Part shown: positions 20,294-41,979 of the stretch, piece after piece
Layout: every line of letters starts with the position of its first letter
How positions within the stretch are numbered: position 1 is the first letter of the stretch
Position numbers and translations under genes: made by a program
Source of the DNA: the human T2T-CHM13v2.0 reference genome, Homo sapiens
DNA: 64,000 nt
Strand: one strand, 5' to 3'
NCBI RefSeq assembly: GCF_009914755.1
Contig: NC_060943.1
The notes under the pieces: generated by a model
Databases searched by the model: none
The model's input: the letters and a program-made list of their open reading frames with translations, nothing else
Told to the model about the DNA's origin: nothing

Positions 20294-20664
20294 TTTTTCT
20301 TTAAATCTTTGTGAGTTTTCTGAAATATTTTTTCAGCAACAAGCCAGTGTTACTTTTGTAAACATAAAGTTGTACGATTTTGATGATGAAAAACGGAACT
20401 CTCACCCCCTTTGTAGACTTGTGGAACCGGGGCTGGCTCAGCACAGTCTTGCAGCCGTCTTGATGGGGTGAGATCGGGGAGGATCAAGAGCTCCCACCTT
20501 CCACTGCCCCACCCTCCAGCTTTGCCCGCCCCAGCCCAAGCTGTGTGGCAAGACCCCTTGTTGGTGCAGGTGCTGGGGGCTGGTGGCTGCTGGCATTCCC
20601 ACCTTCTAGAGTGACTTTCACACTCCCTGATGAGTTTCCCATTCCGCTCAGCAGGCCCATAAAT
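20294..20664 (+). repeat. Local duplication copy B (likely donor)
   Basis: Matches 17520-17889. Confidence 0.95.
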
Positions 20665-21032
20665 TCAAAGCGAGGGCCGCAAATGGGGAATCTGGGATGG
20701 CGCGTCTGGCTTGGGGGGCTGGGAGCCAGCGGGCCCAGACAAGCTGCTGGTGACCTCGGTCCCCCAAGAGCTCAGCTGAGGCTGAAAGGGAAGGATGGGG
20801 AGGGAAGGACACTCACACACTCTGGAAATGAGGGCAAATCCCAGCCCTGACATTTGACAGCCAAGGGCTCAAATGAAAAAGAAGGTAGAATTTACACACA
20901 CGCACGCAAGCATCCCTCAATGGGAACTCACAGTGAATATCGTGTGTAGATCCAGTAGAATGTCACCTTGGCCGGGTGCAGTGGCTCACGCCTGTAATCC
21001 CAGCACTTTGGGAGGCTGAGGTGGGCGGATTA

Positions 21033-21292
<260 letters not shown>

Positions 21293-21883
21293 TCATAATG
21301 ACAGTGGAGAATCCTGGCATCCACTACCACGCAACACCACATCCGGCTAATTTTTGGCCCCAGACGTCACCCGATGTCCCCCAGGGGCTAGGATCAGCCG
21401 CAGGTTAGGACCCCTGGGTTGGAGGTTTCACCACGGAGAGTTGCGGCGGCAAGAAGACACCAGGAGGAAGTGACCTGCACACAATCACCAGATCGTCCCT
21501 GAGCATCTGGCTCTAGGGTCTCTGCCTGGACCGAAGCATTCCCAGGTGCAGACCCAGGGGTCTCTCCTGTCCCTCCGACCTCACCTGCGTACCCTGCGTT
21601 GCTTCCTCTGCCGGGGAAGCTCACCCACGTTCTCAGGTCCTGGGCGGAAGGGCAGAGGGCTCCCCGGGCACAATGTCTTCTGATGAGAATCACAGCTGCT
21701 GAGATGCAACTGCAAGGGGCTGGGAAAGTTCCTGGGACCCAAAGGAGCTGTGAGATCTAGCGCCTGGGATGGCAGAGGCTCTGGCCGGTGAGGACAACAG
21801 CCGGCGTCAGCTCGGGGGTCGGTACGCAGGCGGCCACCTTGTAACGGCCACAAACGGGCTTCAAAGGGGAGGCAGGCCTGGGC

Positions 21884-21894
21884 TGCTGAGTCAC
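21884..21894. promoter_or_regulatory. Perfect ARE/MARE-type motif TGCTGAGTCAC (NFE2L2/BACH/small MAF)
   Basis: Exact match to GTGACTCAGCA on the minus strand, in unique CpG-containing DNA. Confidence 0.45.
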
Positions 21895-21983
21895 CCGGGC
21901 CTCATGCAGTTCACAAAAAGCTGTAACTCGAGGCAGCATCACACCGACCGTGGAAGCATGGAAGGGAGGGGGACGCTGTCTCA

Positions 21984-22106
<123 letters not shown>

Positions 22107-22599
22107 TCAAGAAAAGAGAGAGAAAGAGAGAAGGAAGGAAGGAAGGAAGGAAGGAAGGAAAGAAAAGAAAAGAAGGAGAGAGAGAGAGAAGGAAGGAAGG
22201 AAAGAAAAGAAAAAGAAAGAAAGAACAGGAACAAGATAAGGGTGGCCACTCTCACTGTTTCTATTCAGTATTGTTATTGCAAATTCAAGCCAGGGCAACT
22301 GGGCATGAAAAGGAAATGAAAAGCATCCAGATTGGAGCAAGAGAAGAAAAACCATCTCTCTATTTGCAAACGGCCTGTTGTGGTGTAAAAGGTCCCCGGG
22401 TACAATTTGTGCAGCAGAAATACGGCACTTCACAGGCTGCTTAGAAACCTAGCAAGTCCCTTGAGCACAAACTATTTTCCTAAGCTTGGTGGGGGCGTGA
22501 GAGGGTGGCCGGGGACTGGTGACAATGTTGTTTGTGCACTGGGAGAGTCCGGCTGAATTGCAACTGGCCTTTACATCCTAATCAGCTCCCTGAGGACAA

Positions 22600-22940
22600 C
22601 CCGAAAGACATCAGATTAAAAAGTCACAATGAGATAAACCAGCACGACGCGGCTCTCTGCAAAGCGACAGGTAGTAAACAGACCTTAACGCACGTCATGA
22701 GGTTTGTTTTTCTTTTAAAAGTCAACAGCTGGTGAATCGCACAGGGCCGGGCAGGGCGGTCAAAGGGCCCGTTCCCCCGGCTGGGAAAAAAGCAGGAGCC
22801 CAGGGCGGCGGCAGCTGGACGCGGGCCCCGTGGAACTTTCTCCCGTCAGTCAGGGGCCGTATTTCTTAGCCATCCTCCTCTGACCTTCATTTCAAACCGC
22901 CTGCTGACGCATCTAACCTTGGCCCGTTCCGTGGGAACTC
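22600..22940. promoter_or_regulatory. Candidate enhancer (CpG-rich; GATA, FOX, CRE/ATF-like, E-boxes)
   Basis: AGATAA 22632, GTAAACA 22674, CACGTCAT 22691, CAGCTG ~22726 and ~22812, followed by a GC-rich CpG cluster. Confidence 0.45.
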
Positions 22941-23235
22941 CAGACTCAGGGTGACCAACCCCAGCTGGGTTACCCAGGGTTGTCCTGGTTGGAGTGGCTC
23001 CAAGTCCTCAGACCCAGCAAACCCAGGCTTGCTGATCACACCGCAGACCCCACCAGGTGGTCATCTTTCTGGGGAAACTGGCTTCTTTTCCTCCCCGACT
23101 CCCTTGCTTTGTCTTCGTGGTGGCACCTCTCTTCCCAGGTGCTCAGGTGTGACATCAGCCGTCCCTTGCTGGCCCTGGTGCCAGCTGACTCCCAGGTCTC
23201 CTTTCTCTTCTTTAAGATGGAGTCTCCCTCTGTGA

Positions 23236-23373
<138 letters not shown>

Positions 23374-23478
23374 TAGTAGAGATGGGGTTTCTCCACCTTG
23401 GTCAGGCTGGTCTCGAACTCCCAACCTCAGGTGATCCGCCTGCCTCAGCCTCCCAAAGTGCTGGGATTCCAGGCATGA

Positions 23479-23661
<183 letters not shown>

Positions 23662-24694
23662 TAAATAGCAGAGATGGTGTTTTGCCATGTTGAACAGGCT
23701 GGTCTTGAACTCCTGACCTCAAGTGATCCGTCCGCCTTGGCCTCCCTAAGTGCTGAGATCACAGGCATGAGCCACCATGCCTGGCCTCCCAGATGTCATT
23801 TCTTGCAGCTCTCGGAGTCTTCCACGTGTCTCTGGATCTTCCTGTGTCATTCCCACCTCCGCTGTTTGACTCTGGTCCCCTCCTCCCATGTCAGATGATG
23901 GCAGCAGTAAGGAAATGATGCCTTGATTTAGCTCTTTTAGGCCCTGCGCGTAGGGGGTTGTACTAAGTCCAGGAGCATTTAAAACCTCACTGCATACGCA
24001 CTACAACGTGGATGAACTCCGAAAAATCACACTCAGTGAGAGAAGCCAGACAAAAGGCCACACAGTGTGTGATCCCATTGACATGAAATGTTCAGAACAG
24101 GCCAGTCTCGCTCTGTCGCCCAGGCTGGAGTACAGTGACATGATCTCAGCTCACTGCAACCTCCACCTCCCGGGTTCAAGCGATTCTTCTACCTCAGCCT
24201 CCCGAGTAGCTTGAATTACAGACATGCACTGCCGTACTCAGCTAATTTTTGTATTTTTAGTAGAGACAGGGTTTCACCCTGTTGGCCAGGCTGGTCTCGA
24301 ACTCCTGACCTCAAGTGATCCACCTGCCTCGGCCTCCCAAAGTGCTGGGATTAGAGGTGTGTGAGTCACTGTGCCTGGCCTTTATAGCATATAATTTTAT
24401 CTCAATAAAGCTGTTAGGAAATAAACTATAGGTAACAACATTATCAAGAGGTTGGGCCTCTTATCCAGGTGGATTTTTCAAATGAATCAGTTTTTAAAAG
24501 TACCATTAAAAAACAAAACTATAAGAGGTAAGGCAAAAAATAGAACAGGTAAAGAAAATGGGTCAGTCTTCCTTTTTTCTCTATCGGGCACATAACAATT
24601 TTCCATATCTTATAGATAAAACTGAGGCTTAGAAATGGTAGAATTGTGTGAATTATATCTTGATAAAGCTGTCGTCTATATCTATGTCTCTATA

Positions 24695-25235
24695 TCTATT
24701 CATCCATCCACCCATCCATTCACTCATCTATCCATTCATCCACCCATCTGTTCATCCATCCATCCATCCATCCATCCATCCACCCACCCATCCACCCACC
24801 CAACCAACCATCCATCCATCCGCCCACTCATCCATTCACCCATTCATCCATCCATCCACCCACCCACCCACCCATCCATCCATCTATCCATTCATCCATC
24901 CATCCGTCCACCCACCTATCCATTCACCCATTCATTCATCCATCCACCCATCCATTCATCCATCCATCCATCCACCCATTCATCCATCCATCCATCCATC
25001 CATCCACCCACCCATCCACCCACCTAACCAACCAACCAACCATCCATCCATCCACCCAACCAACCATCCACCCATCCGCCCACCCAACCAACTATCCATC
25101 CATCCACTCATCCATCCACCCACCCATCCATTCACCCATCCATCCATCCACCCATCCATCCATTTATCCATCCATTCATCCATCCATCCAACCATCCATT
25201 TACTCATCCATCCATCCATCCACATACATACATAC
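24695..25235. repeat. (CCAT/CCAC)n degenerate tetranucleotide tract
   Basis: Direct reading. Source of the PSIH-rich ORFs. Confidence 0.95.
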
Positions 25236-25388
25236 TAGAAATGGTAGAATTGCAACTAGAATTCAATATTTGCAAATCCTGGTGCAATAAATATTATTCT
25301 TACTCATTTTAAAATGTTAATATCTACTTTATTTTTCAAAGTTGAGCACGATATAAGTATGTTGTTCCTTGGATTCCTGATGCTCTCA

Positions 25389-25401
25389 GTAACCTAGCAA
25401 C
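25389..25401. promoter_or_regulatory. RFX X-box-like motif GTAACCTAGCAAC
   Basis: Fits GTNRCC-N(0-3)-RGYAAC, in an apparently unique segment. Confidence 0.4.
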
Positions 25402-25909
25402 TCAGCACCTCACAGAGAACAAGAAGAACCTCTTGCGCGGTAGGTTTGGCTTGCAAACAAGCCGTTCCACGCTGGAAGGCTGTGTCAACCGATGATGTGG
25501 AAGAATAATCATCCCTCCTTGCTGTTTCTTATGAGATTTGTCAGGCATACTCCTACTTGCCAATACTATTTGCCAACATACTACTCCGCCTCCTCTCTGT
25601 TTCCTCTCTTGTAAGATGGCAATAATGCATGCAGGATGATTTCCATCCCTTTCTTTAAACCTTTTGGTATTTTTAAGATTTTCTAGTATGTCACTGTTTT
25701 CGTAATTTGAAAATAAAGGGTTTTTTTTTTTTTTTTTTTAAGGGAGAGATTATAGGGGACTGAGTGTGTGGCCTTGAGTTTGTCTGTTTCCAAACTCCCT
25801 ATTGAGGCTGTTCAACCAAAGAACCAAAGTTGGGGGAAAGTCTATCCCAAGGCTCCAGCCCAAAGGAAGCTCTCTTCTACAATGGGTGTGTTAGGATGGA
25901 GGAGAGCCA

Positions 25910-26600
25910 CAAAGCCAGTAAAAAGGCACATAGCAAACTGGAAGAAAATAGTAATATGTAGCATATGTAACAAAGTGTTAGTGCCTGTCATATGTAAAGA
26001 GCACCTACAAATCAATAAGAAAAACTCAATAGCCAAATAGAAGATATACAGAGGTACTTAGTGCAAAGATACTAACAATCAGAAAAGAAAGGAATAGGTG
26101 ACTGATCTCACTGATGGCCAAATAAATGAATATTATAACACCAAAGAGACACTAATTTCACATAACTGGCTGGCAAAACTTTTAAATTCAGTTGATAACC
26201 ATTATGGCAAGGCTGTGGGGGAACTGGCATTTTCACTCACTGTTGACAGGAGTTCAAGTTGCTATAAACTTTGTGGAAGGTTATTCGTCAATGATTAACA
26301 GAATTGTAAATGCCACTATCTTCTAAAGCTGCATTTCTGCTTTTAGGAATTTACCTCCTGAGATATTTAGACAAGGTCAAAAGTGATGTATACCATGATG
26401 TTTCTGCTGCAACATTATTTGGATGTAAGAAAAACTGTAAAGATCAGTAGTGTGTTCTTCAAGTCACTCTGGCATATCCATACACAAGAACGCGCTAACT
26501 AAAAAGAATGAAGCTCACTGATCACACTGACAAAAAATGGCAACCAAAAACAACTCTTAACATTTTTCAAAAGGCTGAAAAGTAGAGTTGCTACATTAAA
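25910..26600 (+). mobile_element. L1ME-type LINE fragment
   Basis: CAAACTGGAAGAAAATA, TAAAGAGCACCTACAAATCAATAAGAAAAA and GCATTTCTGCTTTTAGGAATTTACC. Confidence 0.7.
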
Positions 26601-26847
26601 AAAAAATTGCTCCTTCTATCACAGCATTTTTATTTCTAGCAATGTGGCAGAAAACATCACTTTAAATCTCTCCTCCTCTAAAACCCAAGCAAGACTGGAT
26701 GAAAGAAATGAACAAAGGCCAGGTGCAGTGGCTCATGCCTGTAATCCCAGCACTTTGGGAGACTGAGGCAGGAAGATCGCTTGAGCCCAGGAGTTCATGA
26801 CCAGCCTGGGAAACATAGCAAGATCCTATCTCTAGAAAAAATTTTTA

Positions 26848-27384
<537 letters not shown>

Positions 27385-27562
27385 TCACAAAAAAGTAAGA
27401 AAATCCAGCACAGACTAAAAACTTCAAAGAGGACAGGGCACCGGGTGGTGAGAAGTGGCCTGTGGCCACCCAGATTGAGGGGAGAGGCTTCTGGTCTTGG
27501 TCACCAACGGCCTGATGTTGTTCTTAATCTCTGCCTCTCTTAAAAATGTATAGTGGAAAATT

Positions 27563-28739
<1,177 letters not shown>

Positions 28740-29211
28740 TATAGTGGAAAATTTCAAACACAGCCTGAAGCACGCAGGCCAGGACGAGGTCTCTCTGAGT
28801 GTCGTCACCTCCTGCAACGGGAATTAACATTCTGCCCTTCTTCTGTTCTCACTTCTCTCTCCAGCTTTGCACGGGTATTTCACACAAATTCAAGACATCA
28901 TATGACTTTGCCTGTAGAACCTTCAGAATGTTCTCTAATCACTGAAGCTTTCTGATTTCCCAACACAGAACCACCCAATCAAATTAACACTGTCTTATTA
29001 TCAACTTGCTCCATGATTATCAACAATAATTTCCTGTTACCAATAACCAGCCTGTGACCCATTGTCCATGATTATCTCAAAAATGTCTTTAATGGCCCGG
29101 CGTGGTGGCTCACGTCTGTAATCCCAGCCCTTTGGGAGGCTGAGGCGAGCTGATTGCTTCAGGACAGGAGTTTGAGACCAGCCTGGGCAACATACCAAGA
29201 CCTCATCTCTA

Positions 29212-29625
<414 letters not shown>

Positions 29626-29641
29626 TGATCCACACACCTCA

Positions 29642-30974
<1,333 letters not shown>

Positions 30975-31746
30975 TCACGTTCTGCACTGATGATCAGTTC
31001 CCATCCACCCCACACTGTTAACAGTGGTTAATTCTGGGGAGTGAGATTTGTGATGAAGATGTCTCCATTCTCACTCCTGCAGTACGAGACTTCTTTACAA
31101 ATATATTCTCAACAGGGTGAACATCAATTCTTGGGGAGATGAAAACAAATTTTACTTTTTTTATGGATTAAGCCCAGAAAACAGAACATAAACAGATACA
31201 CAGTCTATCTATGATATTGAAATTTCACAGGTATAGGCTGGGCTCGGTGGCTCACACCTGCAATCCCAGCACTTTTGGAGGCTGAGGTGGGAAGATCACT
31301 TGAGGCCAGGAGTTCAAGATCATCCTGGACAACATAGCAAGATCCAATCTCTAGAAAGAATAAAAATTTAAAAATTATCCAGGCATGGTGGTGTGCACCT
31401 GTTATCCCAGCTTTGGTGACTGAGGTGGGAGGATTGCTTGAGCCTGGGAGTTGGAAGCTGCAGGGAGCTGAGATGGCGTTACTGCACTCCAGCTTGAGTG
31501 ACAGAGAAAGAAGATCCTGTCTCTAAGATAAAAACAAACAAAAACTCCATTATATAATAATGCTACTTGGGGCCAGTCACAGTGGCTCACGCCTGTAATC
31601 CTAACACTGTGGGAGGCCGAGGCAGGCGGATCGCCTAAGGTCAGGAGTTTGAGACCAGCCTGGCCAACATGGTGAAACCCCGTGTCTACTAAAAATACAA
31701 AAATTAGCTGGGCGTGGTGGCGGGCACCTGTAATCTTAGCTACTCA

Positions 31747-31851
<105 letters not shown>

Positions 31852-31964
31852 TCAAAAATAATAATAATGAGGCCGAGTGTGGTGGCTCACACCTGTAATC
31901 CCAGCACTTTGGGAGGCCGAGGTGGGTGGATCACGAGGTCAGCAGATCGAGACCATCCTGGCTA

Positions 31965-32690
<726 letters not shown>

Positions 32691-32724
32691 TCACGAGGTC
32701 AGGAGATCGAGACCATCCTGGCTA

Positions 32725-33063
<339 letters not shown>

Positions 33064-33199
33064 CTAGGAAAAGGATGTCTCAAAAGAAGGTGATCACGGA
33101 AAAAGAAAGCTTATGAAACACTGACTTCTGTAATCACGTTTTCAGTTGAAAGAAATGGAAACTGATCTAACTTCCAGCTCACCTCAAGCTGGAAAGAAG

Positions 33200-33900
33200 T
33201 CTAGTTTCTAGAAGCATCTCCAAAATTGGAAAGTGAAGTTTCTAGCATACAGTTCCACCGAGGGCCCATGATGAAGAGGGGGAGAGGCGGGCACGAGGCG
33301 AAGCGGGTGCCCCGCGCTCGGCTGGAAAAAGCCAATGTCACCGGGCTGTGCTATTTGCTTGTGGGAGGGACGCCTGGGGTGGGGGCGTGCCGCTGGTTGC
33401 TCCGCTGCAGACACCACGTGGTGCTTTTTGAACTGATCAGAGCCCCAGCCTGCCTGCTTTGCTGTCCCGGGCTGACCTCCGAAAACACCGCACTTTCCCC
33501 TCGCTGACTTGGTAGATGTCTGTCTGTCTGCTTGAGTATCTCGAAGATCTGAGGTTTCCATTCCAGCAGAATAAATACTAGGAGGGCCCACCCCTTCCTC
33601 CTCCCAGCCGAGGCTGGATGAATCCAAATAAACCCAGCTGGTGGGGAAGAGCATTTCCAGGACTTCGGCGGGAGAAAGCACCGCCCACCCGGGTGGGTTT
33701 CCAGGAGGTGGAGGTGCGGACCTGGGAGGGGGGCCCTCGGGCAGCCCTGCCATGCAGCCGCGTCACTCCGCCTGCCTGATGTCACAGGAGCTGGGGGAGT
33801 TTGGGTATTTCATGAAGCTGTTGAGTTATTGTGGCTTTGGTTTGTGACACCGGCGTTCAGGCACGGCCTAAAGGCAACATCAAAGACGGTGCATGAAAAC
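33200..33900. promoter_or_regulatory. CpG-rich unique region, candidate enhancer or promoter
   Basis: KLF/SP box GGGGTGGGGGCGTG ~33376, CACGTG ~33415, IRF/PRDM1-like GAAAGTG motifs at ~33229 (plus) and ~33491 (minus). Confidence 0.4.
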
Positions 33901-33972
33901 CGGGGGTTAGGCCGGGCGCGGTGGCTCACGCCTGTAATCCCAGCACTTTGGGAGACCGAGGCAGGCGGATCA

Positions 33973-34223
<251 letters not shown>

Positions 34224-34379
34224 TTACACAACTCTGGATATTCTAAAAACCACTGAATTGTACACTTTAAAAAGTGAATTCTATGGCATGTAAAAATCTC
34301 AATAAAGCTGTCATATAAAATAAATATATATAAATATGATGCCAAAATATATACATAAATATGGTAATAAAAAATTATT

Positions 34380-35125
<746 letters not shown>

Positions 35126-35145
35126 ATACACAGGTATTCTCTCTA

Positions 35146-35420
<275 letters not shown>

Positions 35421-36079
35421 TTATGTAAAAAATAGAACTAAGGAAGGTTTGCTTGACTCCAAAGCTGTGTTCTTTGCATCCATTCTAGTTCCATCCAGAT
35501 GGCCCGGGGTACAGCTGGGATGCCTGTTGTCCCTAAAAACCATGGGGCACAAGTAGGTAAACCCTAGAGTAGGTAACTCCTCAATTCAGCTCAACCACTA
35601 TCTGACCAGCCTCCAGTTACCAGGCAGTGTGTTTCCCCAGCCATGTGGACTCAGTCCTGCCACGGCGCGGCTCGTGCCTATTGCAGATACATGTACATGC
35701 TTGCAATATACGTGTCTGTCTCCCCTGCTCTACAATGAGCTCCCCAGGAACAAGGACTGGGCAATTTTTTTTGGCTTCCTGTCTCCACTGTTTGGCAGCA
35801 GGAAAAGAGAGGTGCCTGAAGAAAGGGTAACAGAGCAATGCAATCCCCCGATGTCAGATTTTTATTGAGGAAAAGAAAGGCAGTGAAGGCCGGGCATGGT
35901 GGCTCACGTCTGTAATCCCAAGCACGTTGGGAGGCCGGGGCAGGAGGATCCCTTGAGCCCAGGAGTTCGAGACCAGCCTGAGCAACATGGCGAGACCCTG
36001 TCTTTATAAAAAAATTAGCCGGGCATGGTGGTGTGAGCCTGTAGTCCCAGCTACTAGGGAGGTTGAAGCAGGAGGCTCA

Positions 36080-37009
<930 letters not shown>

Positions 37010-37124
37010 TCACCACCACCCCTCCCTTTTCCTTCAATCAGAATTGCCTTTTATAGGCAGGTTGATAGTTCACAGCTGGAAGGGGGCTCACTGCGGCTCT
37101 GCAAGGAAAGATGCGCTACCCACC

Positions 37125-37355
37125 CTTTTCTCTCTTTCTCTTTCTTTTTCTCTTTTTCTTTCTTTCTTTCTTTTCTTTCTTTCTTTCTTTCTTTTTGTTT
37201 CTTCCTTTCTTCCTTTCTTTCTTTTCTTTCTCTTTCTTTCTTTCTCTCTCTCTTTCCTTCCTTCCTTTCTTTTCTTTCTCCCTTTCCTTTCCCCTTCCTT
37301 CCTTCCCTTTCTTTCTTTCTTTTTCTCTTTTCTGTTCTGTTCTGTTCTTTTTTTT
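37125..37355. repeat. (CTTT/CCTT)n pyrimidine tract, tail of an antisense Alu
   Basis: Direct reading. Confidence 0.9.
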
Positions 37356-37639
37356 GATGGAGTTTCGCTCTTGTTGCCCAGGCTGGAGCACAATAGCACA
37401 GTCTTGCCTCACTGAAACCTCCGCCTCCCGGGTTCAAGCGATCCTCCTGCCTCAGCCTCCCGAGTAGCTGGGATTACAGGTGCGCACCACCATGCCTGGC
37501 TAATTTTTGTATTTTTAGTAGAGACGGGGTTTCACCGTGTTAGCCAGGGTGATCTCGATCTCCTGACCTCGTGATCCACCCGCCTCGGCCTCCCAAAGTG
37601 CTAGGATTACAGGCGTGAGCCGCCGTGCCCGGCCTAAAG

Positions 37640-38090
37640 CTGTGTTCTTTCTGTTCCACAGGCTGCAGAGAGGGAGCTGATGCCAGAATGAGGGGGAACC
37701 CCCGGAGCTTCTCGCATCGGGTGGGACCGGCATCCGGTGAGACCGCGGTGGCTCTCTGGGGCTGAAAATTCCAAGCAGAGTAGCCCGAGGAATCCAGCCA
37801 TCCCCGAGGGTTCAGAAATGCAAATCAGGGCTGTGTATTCACAGCCTGGACTGGAGATCGACCAAAAACTATGCAGGGCTCACCCTTGCGGGGCGGCGGC
37901 TAAATTTAGGAAACCAACCATCTGGAGAATGCAGGCATCAGAAGCCCCTGCAGCTAGGAGGATCATTTCAGTTCATTTTTATTCACTGTTCATAGATCTC
38001 CCAGTTTTTCCTAGCGTGTTCAAGCTGGAAAGGATTTCAGAGATTGTGTCACCTAGATTTATTTTACAGAAGGAGGAACTAAGCGTTTAA
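37640..38090. promoter_or_regulatory. Candidate B-lymphoid enhancer
   Basis: kB site GGGGAACCCC 37693-37702, octamer ATGCAAAT 37818-37825, MEF2 CTAAATTTAG 37900-37909, E-box CATCTG 37919-37924, with CpGs retained. Confidence 0.5.
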
Positions 38091-38300
<210 letters not shown>

Positions 38301-38704
38301 TAGTAGAGACGGGGTTTCACTGTGTTAGCCAGGATGGTATCGATCTCTTGACCTCGTGATCCACCCGCCTCGGCCCCCCAAAGTGCTAGGATTACAGGCG
38401 TGAGCCACCGTGCCGGGTCTCGAGAAGTGCCTGTTTTAACACACTGAAAAGTGGTCTTAGCCAGGTGCAGCATAATATGCCCGTCTCCCAGCACTTTGGG
38501 AGGCCGAGGCAGGAGGATCGCTTGAGGCCAGGAGTTTGAGACCAGCCTGGGCAACATAGCAAGACCCCATCACTACAAAAAATAAAAATAAATTAGCCGG
38601 ATGTGGTGGCGTGTGCTTGTGGTCCCAGCTACTCTGGAGGCTGAAGCAGGAGGATGGCTTGAACCAGGAAGTCGAGGCTGCAGTGAGCTAGGACTGCGCC
38701 ACTG

Positions 38705-39001
38705 CACTCCAGCCTGGGCAACGGAGCAAGACCCTGCTTCAAAAAAAAAAAAAAATGAATGAAAGGAAGGAAGGAAGGAAGCGAGGGAGGGAGGGAGGGA
38801 GGGAGCGAGGGAGGGAAGGAAGGAAGGAAGCGAGGGACAGAGGGAGGAAAAAGAGAAAGTTTTCTGCCCTAGACACTCCAGCCTGGGCAACGGAGCAAGA
38901 CCCTCCTTCAAAAAAAAAAAAAAAAAAAGAATGAATGGAAGGAAGGAAGGAAGGGAGGGAGTGGGGAGGGAGGGAGGGAAAAGAGAAAGTTTTCTGCCCT
39001 A
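38705..39001 (+). repeat. Tandem duplication of an Alu 3' end, GGAA tail and flank
   Basis: CACTCCAGCCTGGGCAACGGAGCAAGACCCT...AAAGAGAAAGTTTTCTGCCCTA occurs twice in tandem. Confidence 0.9.
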
Positions 39002-39209
39002 TTATGTGATTTTCACACCACCCCAAGTTCAAGAACAAAGTGTGGTTTGTTTGAATGCTTTTCCCAGACAGAGATGCAGGGCAGTGGCGAGAAGGAAACA
39101 ATCCAGTGGCGGCTTCCCCTCTCTTAGAAGTATTAGGCCCAAGAAACCACCTGAAATCCTGGGATGAACTAGATTCTGTCGTTGGAGTCCAAGTCCTTTT
39201 GGCTGTCAG

Positions 39210-40265
<1,056 letters not shown>

Positions 40266-40503
40266 ACAAAGTCTCTTTTCAGGGCAAACATAGATGCTCA
40301 CAGGAAATGCCTCCATGCCCCGCAGTCGGGCAAGCTTCCAAGCAAGCAAGCCGCTTTTAAGAGTCAGGAAGAGGCTGGGTGGCTCACGCCCGTAATCCCA
40401 GCACTGTGGGAGGCCGAGGTGGGTGGATTGCTTGAGCCCAGGAGTTTGAGACCAGCCTGGGCAACATAGTGAGATCCCATCTCTACAAAAAATACAAAAA
40501 TTA

Positions 40504-40949
<446 letters not shown>

Positions 40950-41384
40950 TTAATTAATTAATTTTAAAAAAAAGTTAGACCCTGTCTCAAAAATAAAAAG
41001 TCAGGATGAGAGAAGGCAGCCAAGGCAAGGAAGACCAATAACATGCTCGGATGGTGCAGTCTCTTTGGAACATTCCAAAACTAAACTGAGAAGGTTCCCA
41101 TTCTCGGTGATGACAAGTTTCTGGAACTAGATAGATAGTGCTGGTGTTTGCACGCAGTGTTCATGGAAATAATGCCATGGAGTTGCAAACTTTTGAACAG
41201 TAAACAAGGGCCGGGCACCGTGGCTCATGCCTGTAATTCCAGCACCTCAGGAGGCCGAGGCGGGGGGATCATTTGAGCCCAGGATTTTGAGACCAGCCTG
41301 GGCAACACAGCGAGACCCTGTCTCCACGAAAAATTTAAAAATTAGCTGGGCATGGTGGTGTGTGTCTGTAGTCCCAGCTACTCA

Positions 41385-41567
<183 letters not shown>

Positions 41568-41638
41568 TCATCTGAGGTCGGGAGTTCAAGACCAGCCTGG
41601 CCAACATGGAGAAACCCTAACATTTTTAGTCTCTACTA

Positions 41639-41885
<247 letters not shown>

Positions 41886-41979
41886 TTAGGATGGGGCAAG
41901 CTAAACTACGTTGTTATGTATTTTAACAACACATAAAACCCACTTGGGGCCAGTCTGCAAGTACCTCCCATGTAGGCTC

